DNA of 64,000 bases, taken from Octopus bimaculoides. Taxonomy: Eukaryota. The DNA lies in the NCBI RefSeq assembly GCF_001194135.2, contig NC_068984.1:98309695-98373694 (forward strand), given 5' to 3'. Shown here piece after piece: positions 11,353 through 23,300 of this stretch. Position 1 is the stretch's first letter. Every line of letters starts with the position of its first letter. Made by a program: the position numbers and the translations under genes. The notes beneath the pieces were generated by a model that was not told the DNA's origin, searched no databases, and worked only from the letters and a program-made list of their open reading frames with translations.

Positions 11353-14300
11353 GTGTATTGATGTGTGTGAGGGAGAGGGAGAGTGACAGCATATATTTTG
11401 AAATTTATTTTTCGTTTTTGCCATTGCAAGAAGGGGACTTAACTCATGTTAGCAAACTTACAGTTTTCACTGACGTTCAAAATAGGTAAAAGTTATGGTT
11501 GAAAATCGATTTTTACCACAATCCGCGGGTGTCCCAGGAAAAATAGGTTGACAAAAGTACAGCCATGGTCATGACCAATGTCCTCCTAAAATTGGAGCGA
11601 CATGCGTGCTAATCTGTGGACGTGCATAAATTACATTCATGTACACACACACATCCTGCCTTTTGTAGATATATATATAGACACACGTACACACAGCAAT
11701 AAAAATAACTACACAAACAAAATCAATTGCAACAAAAATTCAAATAACATTAAAAAAGACATTACAAAAATCAAAAAAGTGTGAAAAAAAACCCCAACTA
11801 ACCATGGTCCACTGCATGTCTAAAAAGTGTCCAGGTACGGTCCCTGGACACAGACAGAAGATGTTGACCATCATATGAAAAAGCCAGTTGAGTGACCGTC
11901 AATGATGGGCCTTCAAGGACACCAAGTTGTTTCCAGTTTGAACAATTCCATAAGATAATTCCTGCAAATTCACTTTTGGAAGCCTGAAAATGAGAAATAG
12001 AGAAAACAGTCATAATCTGTAAAATTACAGAGTCTTCAATATCACAGACTGTTAGCTGGTAGATTTGATATAACATCTGGTTTAATACCATTACATAGCT
12101 CTTGGATACCTTTGGTAGAATTCATTCTGTTGATAGAATTTGAACCAGGTTTCTAATCTGATGATATCTTGATAATATTTTACTCTGCTTCCTATTGCAA
12201 CAACTCTGAATTGTGGTTTACTCCTCTAGTTTTGGGAAATTTTGCAATGATCATTGGATAAACTGAGAGATTTTGTAAAGGCTATCAGTAAACTGGAAAA
12301 TCTTGTGAAGGTCATTGGTAAATGAAAAAAAAAAATTCAGTATAGCAAGAGTAAACATGAGAAATTAAAGATGCCTTTACGAAATTATTCGACCTGCCAG
12401 AAATAGCAGACAAATCTCCTTTAAATTATATCTAACAAAAAAGAAGAAAAAGAATGAACACATTGGATAAGGAAGTCCTAGATATACTGTCTGAATAAAA
12501 AGACAGACTGGTTATAGTTGGAACATCTTGTATTTACAACATTCGGTGTGGACCAGGGCTAAATGATAGTTACAAACCAATAGGGGAACTCATATATAGT
12601 TACTGAAGCAGCTAGAAATAGCAGTTGATTTTTTTTAAAACTCAAGCCCTACATACCAAGTACTCAGATACACACACATAAGCATATATAGATTTACACC
12701 ACACACACATACCTACTGATCCTCCTTTCTTTCACATATAATTAGAAGTGAAGCAACAAAACAACTATCCTTACTTTACAAGCTGAAGCAAGTATTTCTC
12801 CTCTAGGATCAGCTGCTACTGCAAAGATCTCATAACCATGTCCATATAACTTTTGTGTTTCAGGCCACAGTGTGTTCTGTAGTAAATGTTCTTCTGTAGG
12901 TGGCTCTGAAGATAAAGATAATTTTATTGACATAATGACCACAAATATCTTTGTAATAACTATATGCACCACAGTGGCATCTTTATTGACATAACACTAA
13001 CAATAGGACCAATGCTGGGGTACAAAGGTGCAGGACAATAACCACAGACTCGGGAGCTCTAGATTGCATTAAAAATAAAACCAACCATTCAACTCAGTCG
13101 AAAGTTTCCAATGACCAACACACTACTTACACTAGTATGCTTCTTTATAACTGTTACTATATTTCCTGCTTCTCTGAACCAGTAAACTTTATAATATCCT
13201 TGCTCAAACTAATACATATTACTGTATTGTGGTTTGTAGAGTATAAGGAAGAGTGTTTGGATTCAAAATCCCTATTGTTGTAAAAGAGTTGCAATGAAAA
13301 GGAAAACAAAAGTTTTACTTACAGGGCAGAATGAGAAGTATGACAGGACATAGCGAAGTGACACTGGGATTGGTTGTACAGGAGGTGAGAATTATGTGGT
13401 TGGGTGTGTAAAGTTGACCGTCAAGAGGGCAGAGGTGAGCTGGGAGAATGGTTGGAGATTAAATATTCACAGATCTGTACAGGAGAGGTTGGTGTTAGGA
13501 AGGGCATTCTGCTATAGAAATATTACCAAAACTGTCACACAGAAGCAAGAAGTTGTACTTTGATCTGTCTCGGAGGCTGCAACTCCAATAAGAACTGACT
13601 CAGCTTCCTTCGAAATATCCAATCCAAACCAGCATAGAAAACAGACATAAAATAATGGTGATATATATAAGCGAGATAGCATTGGATTCTCCTATTCAAC
13701 TCACTCCATCACCTTCACTCTATTCCTTTCTCTTTCTCACTAAGCCCTTACACTATTCTTTTCCTTGTACCTTCCATTCCTTCCTCTCACAGCAATAAAT
13801 CTGTCCCTCCTATCATATTTCTCTCAACACTCAACCAAAAGTCATAATTCTTTCTTCTAGTTTCCATTGTGGGGACTATTTAGTCTTACCAGTTACAAGA
13901 CGACCTCACAAGTGCTGGTGTCACTCAGTACACTCTGTAAAGTGGTTGGTAAACTGAGCTGAGATAGCAGAGAATTGACAGGACATTTTGTCTTAGTAAG
14001 GCCAAGACAATCTCCTAAGTGGTGGTTCCATGAAAAAATGCACCCAGTACATACTATAAAGTTGGTGATAAGAAGAGCATTCAGTTGTAGAAATTATGCT
14101 ACATCTGAGACATTGGAGCAAGACATGGTCCTCTGACCTGTCAGATACTGTTCAACTGTTCAACCTATGCCAGCATGGAAAGCAAACATACAACGATGAT
14201 GATGATGATGATGATGATACTCACGCAATCACTCTCTCTCTCTCTCACATACACACACACACACACATGAATACAATGATCATCATCACCTTTTATGTCC

Positions 14301-17300
14301 ACTTATTCCATGCTGGAAAAAGTAGACAGGTAGTGGGTTGGACCAGATATATTGAAGCAATGTTCTACAACCAGATACCCTTCCTGTTACTAACCCATAC
14401 CATTTTTTGAAGAAAGGTATTATTATTATATCTCCATAGCTATGTATATATGTGAATGTGTTTTGAACAAGAACCTAGTAAATTTACTACATTTGAAAAA
14501 ATATACCTTGCAATATACCTGATAAGAATTTAGAAGCCTCAAGAGAAATGAAATAATTTTCTTTGATATCCTGAAGTTCTTTTTTATCCAATATTTACAT
14601 GCTTTAGTAAGTTGGTGAGCTGGCAGAATTGTTAGCATGCCGGACAAAATGCTTAGCGGCATTTCATCCATCTTTACATTCTGAGTTCAAATTTCTCAAA
14701 GGTCAACTTTGCCTTTCATCCTTTCAGGATCGATAAATTAAGTACCAGTGAAACACTGGGGTCGATGTAATCGACTTGTCTCCTACTCTAAAATTCTTGT
14801 AAAGAACTTTCACTTTAGTTTTTTTCCTCACAGGTAAATAATTAGGAAAATAAAGTCAGTAACAATGACGATGATGATGATGATTAATCTAAGCATAATC
14901 TACCAACCGTGAAGTGTCACTGGAGAAAAATAAACCTCAGGGTATTGCTCGTTGGGATGGGCCTCGACCTCCTCTTCAGCAGTTTTCTCATTGCAATAGA
15001 CAGCTTTATTGGAGAGGCCAAGGGCTGGAACACTGGCTCCTTGTGGCACAGAAGAAATTTCCTGAAAAGATCCACACAAAAGATGAACTTTTATTGTTAT
15101 AGATCACAGAATCTTGAAATATAAAGCCTCCTTTTGATATCAAAATGTTTGAGACCATCCTTGGTTCTATGACAAAAACTTCACATTTTCAAGTCATGTA
15201 AATTAAAATTTTGCATCAAAATTTCACATTAATTATGTTCTAAGCTTCTGATTAATAATAACAAAGTTATTTTTATTAAATTTATCATTACTTTGAAAAT
15301 TAAATGAAAGAAAGGCAGAATATTTCAATGAAAGTCTAGCAACAAAAAGGTTAATTTCTAGCTGTTAATCAAGGCCGACCAAGGGCTAAACGATGACTAG
15401 CTATAAAAATAGCATTACTACATCTGATACTCACAGACCAGTAGAACTTTGAGGTTACTAGGCTTGCAAGAAGCAGCAGCCTAATTTCCCTCTAATCACA
15501 CTCTTAAAAGTGAAAGAACATATTGGATAATGTTGTCTTAGATATATTAGACTTGAAAAATAAAAGCTATGCTCCGGTTAAACTGCTGGAGCAGGGCTGT
15601 GCTAGTGCTTAACTATTAGACCAGGGATGACTTAGATCCAAATAACTTCACTGACTGCAGAAGAACACAAAATACCATCGAATGTGAGACAATATTTACC
15701 TTATTTTTCAATTCCACTTCGATGTCCAATTTGCTAATATTGCAAAAATTCTCAATAAAATTCTTTGGTGCATGAAACACCCTTAACACTTTCTCATCTG
15801 CACCACTGACAAACTTGTAACGATGTAGAGCAGCAAGACATTGTATATCATAGCCATGTACTTGAGGACGGGCAACTTCATACCATGTTGGTCGCTGCAG
15901 AAGAAATGGTTTCAAGAAAGACTTAAATTTTACAAAAGAACATGATTTACAGTCATCATCGTCGTCGTTTAACGTCTACTTTCCATTCGGAATGGGTTGG
16001 ATGGTTTGACTGAGGACTGGCAAGCCAGAAGGCTGCACCAAGCTCCAATCTGATCTGGCAAAGTTTCTACAGCTGGATGCCCTTCCTAATGCCAACCACT
16101 CCAAGAGTATAGTGGGTGCTTTTNNNNNNNNNNAGTTTCTACAGCTGGATGCCCTTCCTAATGCCAACCACTCCAAGAGTATAGTGGGTGCTTTTACATG
16201 TCACTGGCACGAGGGCCAGTCAGGTGGTTCTGGCAATGACCATGCTCAAAAGGTGTTTTTTATGTACTATCTGCACGGAAGCCAGTCCGGCGGCACTGGC
16301 AATGACCACATTCGAATGTTGTTTTTCACATGCCAGCGACACATGTGCCAGTAAGGCAACACTGGCAACGATCACACTTGAATGGTGCTTTTTACGTGCC
16401 ACTGGCCACATCAGCAATTTGGATTTTGATTTCACTTGCCTCAACAGGTCTTCGCAAGCAAAGTTTATTGTCTAATGAATGAGGGGTACTCATACGTGGG
16501 CTGGTTACACCCACTGGCATAGGCCATGGGTTGTGGTCTCACTTGACTTGTCAGGTCTTCTCAAGCACAGCATATCTTCAAAGGTTTTGGTCACTAGTCA
16601 TTGCCTCAGTAAGGCCTAATGTTCCAAGGTTGTGCTTCACCACCTCATCCCAGGTCTTCCTGGGTCTACCTCTTCCACAGGTTCCCTCAACTGCTAGGGT
16701 ATGACACTTTTTCACACAGTTGTCCTCATTCATTTGCAACACATGACCATACCAGCGCAGTCATCTCTCTTGCACACCACATCTGATGCTTCTTAAATCC
16801 AACTTTTCTCTCAGGGCGCTTACACTCTGTCGTGTATGCACACTGACATTTCACATCCAGCAGATGAAGATAAATGTTGAATCAAACACAAAAATACTAA
16901 ATATTTATATTATTGATATCTTCAGTATCACCATCTTTTATTAATAATGTATCTGATATCAATATCTGCCTCTGATGTCTACAGTGATACTGACCACAGA
17001 TAGAAGCATCAGTGATATCCAACCAGACAGCAGTGATATCTTGATATGAAACAACAAAAAGTTTGTCCTTACCTGTAGGGTATCTGTCACCCAAGGGGCA
17101 TGAAGTCTACAGGTTTGATCCAAGCTGACACTAAGCAAGTAACTCCCATCAAATGGATCCCAAGCAATATCATCAACAGCCTTGAAATGTCCACCTCCTG
17201 TTACAGCTGGTTCCCAACATAGCTTCTCCTGATAATAGTAACCATAGAGATCACAAAGAGTATAGCATGCCAGACATTACAGTAATTATTCATCAAGAAA

Positions 17301-20300
17301 ACAGGGTAAAGCAGCCAACATAAAACTGTACAAGAGATTCAGTTTACCTATACCAAGTTCTGTCTAATTACAAGTTTCAACCTCCTGAAACCTATTACTG
17401 CAGAAACTAAAAATATTGATAGGATTCAGGATTCAATGAGGCATAATCATCTCATAAAAAGTTCCCATAAAGCAACAACTTTAATTTTAGCATATTTAAT
17501 TTTCTATACAAAGGACCCATCAGGGAACCAAAGAGAAGCAGCCAAAAGATGTTCAAAAATGTTCAAAAACTACAGTCAAGATGCAGCAAATGAAAGTACT
17601 TGCAAAATTCAGACATGGCAATTTTGATTTACTTGATAAGCCTAAATCAGAACATCCTTCCAAATTGAAAGACAAAATGCTACAGGCAACACTTGCAAGG
17701 AATCCTACTATGGCAGTGAGAAAACTTTCCATTGAATTTAACATTAGCATCTGACCATTCATAATCATTTGAAAAGCAAGGAAGTTTTTAAGTAGGTGGA
17801 AATTGGTTCCTCATGCTCTTTAGGCAGCAAATTATGAACACAAGCTTGATTGTTGTGAATCATTCCGTACACATAACCATCAAGCACCATTTTTAAACTG
17901 GATCATGACTGGAGATGAAAAATGGAATCTTTACAGTAATATTAAGCACTTGCAGACAGAGGCTAAGTCCAAATCAAAAACTTGTACTACATCCACAAAA
18001 AGTATATTATCCAAAGAAAACTTTATTGAGCGTTTGGTGGGATATGGAAAAAAGTATTCATTATGAGCCTTTAGGGTCAAATCAAAGAGCAACTTCTGAA
18101 GTCAATCTTTAGCAGCTTTACTATTTGAAGACTGCTTTAGATAGTAAACATCTTGCCTTAATAAACTGCAGTGGAGTTCTCTTTCATCATGATAATGCTG
18201 AACCTCACATTGAAGAAGTTACTGAAATGTTCAGGAATCCTTTGGATAGGAAAAATGCTATACCATCCATATTCCCCAGACCTCACTCCATCAAACTTCC
18301 ATTTATTTAAATCATTGCAAAACCATTTAGATAGACAGTATGCACAGCAAAGGACAGAGAAGATTAATTAAATATATTTAATTAAATTTATATTTTAATT
18401 AAAGAACCAAAGAATTTTTTCAAATTAAGCATTCAAAAAGAGAAGTGATAAAAAATAAAAGAACTTATATATGTTATCAAATCTGCAGTATCATCCTGTT
18501 TGTACTTTTAAATAAGTACTAAAAATCAAACAGAACTTACTATACAGCCCTATATAAAATACTAACATTTCTTGATTAAATACAAAGCAAATATTTTTTA
18601 TAGGTGATAGGTGCAATTAATGGAATTAACCTTGTTTTGTATATGTGTGTGTGTGTGTGTGTGTGTAAGAGCTACAGCCCAATTAATTAGGAGCAAAATT
18701 AGGATAGATGAAATGCAGTTTGTCTTTGTCCAGGGAAGAAGCACTACCATTGTTATTTTGCTAGTCAGGCAACTGCAAAAGAAATAGTTAAGAATAAACC
18801 ATTATACTTGGCATTTGTAGATCTAAGAGAAAGCCTTCCGTATACTATCTTGTGTGATATGGTGGGCTCTGAGGAGGCTAGAGATAGACAAGTGGTTGGT
18901 GAAAGCCATACAGACCATGCAAAGAGATACTGTTAGTAAGGTGAGAGTTAACCACGAGTACAGCAAAGAATTTGGTGTAAAGGTAGGGGTTTATCAAGGC
19001 TTAGTCCCCAGTCCCCTCCTTTTCATCATTGTCCTCCAGGCCATAACAGAGGAATTCAAGACCAGCAGCCCCTGGGAACCCCATATGCTGATAATGTTGC
19101 CCTCATAGCAGATTCCAAATCAGGGCTAGGAGAGAAACTCCAGGTGTGGAAGCAAAACCTGGAATCTAAGGGCCTTAAGGTTAACTTAGAAAAAACTAAA
19201 GTCTTAGTAAGCAAGGAAACAGACAGGGCCCTACCCACTTCAGGTAGGTGACCCTGTTAGATTTGTAGGAAAGGCATAGGCAGGAATACCATATGGTGTA
19301 CGTAGTGTAAGCTTTGGACACAAAAGAAGTGCAGTGGATTAATAGGAAGGTTATCAGAAAAGATAGTTTTCTTATGTGGAAGATGCACAGGATCCATAAA
19401 AACTTTAGAGACTCAGGAAATTGATTCTCTCAAATACCTTGGTCGTTCATCAGAGGTAGTAGATAATTTCTGCTACCTAGGGGACCAAATTCATAGTTGG
19501 GGAGAATGCATAGAGTGTTTGATAGCTAGAATAAGAATAAGATGGAGGAAATTCAGAGAGCTGTTACCTCTGTTGCCTACAAAAGGTTTTTCTCTCCAAG
19601 TGAAAGGAAGGTTGTACGATGCATGTATATGGATAGCAGTTTTATATGGTTGTGAGACATGATCCCTGAATGCAGAGGACATGCAAAAGTTAGAGGGAAA
19701 TGAGGCTAGAGTGCTCCGCTGGATGTGTAATGCAAGTGTACATGTTCAATAGTGTGCTGATACATTGAGAGAGAAGTTAGGCACAAGGGGAATTAGTTGT
19801 GAGCAAGAGAGAAGACTGCACTGGTTTGGTCATGTGATGTGGATGGATGCTGACAGCTCCATAAAGAAGTGCTGATTTCTCAAAGTAGATGGAACAAGTG
19901 AAAGTGGGAGACCCAGGAAGACATGGGACAAAGTACTGAAGAACAACTCCTGGATGCTGACCCTTTTAGGTGAGATGACAAAGGACTGAGATGCCTGGTG
20001 CTTTGCTGTACTGAAGAAGACCTGTACACCACAGCAGAAGTGTTAAGACCGGTGCCTCTGGTGACCAGGATTGACCTGCAATGGTCCTGTATCGATGCCA
20101 CGTAATAAGTACAAGTGATGGTGCCATCTAAAGTACAAGTGGTGCTATGTAAAAACGCCTGTATGGCACCATGTAAAAGCGTCCTTGCAGTGCCATGTAA
20201 AAGCACCCAGCACACTCTGTAAAGTGGTCAGTGTTAAGAAGGACATCCAGCTGTAGAAACCATGCCAAATCAGACTGGAGTCTGGTGCAGCCCCTCAGTT

Positions 20301-23300
20301 TACCAGCCCTGGTCAAACTGTCCAACCTAAACCAGCATGGACAACGGATGCTAAATGATGATGATGGTGATGATATATATATCATCATCATCATCATTTA
20401 ATGTCTGACCAGAGATGGCAAGCTGGAGAGCTGCAGCAGACTCCAGTTTGATTTGGCATGGTTTCTACAGCTGGATGCCCTTCCTAACATCAACCACTCC
20501 AAGAGAAGTACTTCTTTTATAGATGAAAAAGTTTTCGTCAACTTGAAACTCTAATTCAAAATAGAGAGGAAGCTATACACAGCAGGGAATTTCGTCTGAT
20601 GCTCTGCTGTCTTGGCTCATTTATTCCACTCTTACATTGTACAAAATACTGTCCACTTTATGTGGACAGTAGAAAACAAAGAAAAGTTGGTGGCAAGAAG
20701 CAATAAAAGACAGGGGAATGTGTTTGTTTTAGAAGGAAAAGATACTGGTTGCAGAGCTGATTAGGTCTCACAAATACATTAATACAAGGCATAGGCATGG
20801 ATATATGATTAAAAAGCTCACTTCACAATCATGTAGTATGGGTTCAATCCCACAGTGTAACACTTTGGGCAAATGACATATTCCTCAGCCTTGGGTTGAC
20901 CAATAACTTGTGAGTAGAATTTGGGTGATGGAAACTATGCTGAAGTCCGTTCTATATCCTCCTCCTCATCATCATCATCATTTTACACGGTTTTCTACGG
21001 TATTTTGACAGGATTCAATGGACTGAAGGAACAGTCTTTCTCTAATGTCTTGATTTTGGCATGATTCCTATGACTGAATGCCCTTCTTAACACCAAGCGG
21101 TTCACAGTGAACTGACTTTTTTTTTCTGCACCCCAAGCACTGATGAAGTCAACGTGTAACTTGCAAAACTCTAAAAACCTCACGTGTGAGAGAGATTTAA
21201 AAAAGCTTGGTGTGAATTCAGAAAAGGTGTTGAAAAGTTAAGATATGATAGGAGGAACACATTAACCGTATATGTACACATACACACACATATGAAGGTA
21301 AGTGAGATATATCATTCCACTGCAGATACTAAAGAATTTAAATGACATTGAATTATTTCCCCTTAAGGTAGCAATCACTTCACTTTTGTATCTTATGTGA
21401 ACAAAGAAATAAATATCAAAGTATTTGGAGTCAATATCATTGATGAAAAATAAATACAAATTGTTGAAAGCAGTGCTCTGGCATAACTGAAGTCAAGTGA
21501 CTGAAACCAATTATTGAATGAAAGTAAAATCAATATTCTACAACCAAAATTAATCAATCCTAATCAAAAATTTCTTAGAAGATTATTTATAAATATAGTT
21601 AAAGCTTAATCCACTATTGTGATCATCTGAGTTAGCATGTTTTAGTTTCCCATTCAGTGTTTTGAAAAGAAAACAAAACTGTCATCCATACATGCAACCC
21701 TGCTTTATCTTAGGTGCCTCTAAGTTGATTTAAGGTGTTATGAAGGAGAAAATAAAGTTCCAGCTACTGTGACAAGTGCAGCCAGAGACACCTCTCCCTT
21801 TCCTGCCTGACTCCTTGTGCACACTCCTTCCAGTTCCATGGATGATCCAACTTCTGACACCAAATGTTGCAAAATGTAGCCTCCTGACACCAACATGTTA
21901 GCAGCAGGGAAACTGCAGACCAGCATAGCAAGCCAACTTTCCCAGGGAAGTCATGCTAGTTAGATATCTTGTAGAATGTAGTTCTTTGCTGTTGGAGCTG
22001 TGTTGCTGTCAGGAGGCTGTGATTTGCAACAGATGCTTATAAAGAGCTAAGAATTTTGAAGTACCTGCTGATACTGCTTATTTAGAATTAGCTCTACAAT
22101 ATTTTCTTTTAATGCAGAACATGTTATAGTAAACTTAATGCAGTAATACAAATATTAGTAAAGTAGTTTGCATTATAGTACATGTCTTGCAGGGAAGTAG
22201 GTACTATAGTATATGTATTAGTAACTGTAAACGGTCCTACAACATGGTATATGATTGTAACTGCTTTGACCATTAATTATACACCACAGTGGTGGTGGTG
22301 ATAAAGACCAACAAACTAGCATCTTTTTAAACATTGCTATTGGTTATGTCATGGTTCTGAGTTCAAATCCACCCAGTTCAACTTAAAACTTTCATTTCTC
22401 CAATACACTCATCATCATCCTTGTACACCCACTGCCACTTTGCCATACTAGCAGAAGTTGGGTAGGTTACTTGATATTTTCTTTATATGACAAGATGCCC
22501 TTCCTGTGCCAGCCCATAGGTCACTTTTTATAATATGTGGGGTCGTGGGGTAGATATTCCAAAACTGGAAAACACAGTTAGGGCACCAATATTCTAAATA
22601 TGATTAAATTTACAGGACGTAATGTTTAAGAAAAGAAGTGGCATTCAGTTAGATTTGTCACTTAGGATGGATTATCAAAATAGATCATATGACAAAAAAA
22701 AAAAAATTAAGTATTTACATTATCAGGAATAAGTAAAGGAAGATGTCTTTAAACTACTTACTTTATTAAATGTCCATTGATGTAGAGCACCTTGGTAACC
22801 ATGGGCTAAGATAGAATCACCACATGGACTGAACAAACCACCATAAAACCCTAATGTATTTCCACCAACTTCTCCAACACGAACCTACAAAAGACACACG
22901 GTTACAGTAATATATACATGATATATAGTTAAATAAAGATTCAGGTACAAGCCTGGCGATATGTTATGCAAAGTCTGTCCACAGTTATTGGCTACCTGAT
23001 ATCATGTAGTGGAAATGCTCTTGCTACTGGATGTACATCAGGAATTCCATAATATCTGTAGAGTTTATATAAATAGATAAATGATAGAAAATGGAATGAA
23101 CAATTTTCTTTATTTAAAATCACTACAAGTTTTTCAACATATTTTACACCTGTAGTACATTGGTGAGATGTTGTGTAATGAGGTGCTGTGTAATCATTAT
23201 CGTGTATCAAAACATCTGTAGTGATTGTAAATGACATTTATTCTATTTTCTATCATTTACCTGTCCGTCAGTCTGTGTGTGTGTATACACACACACAAGC

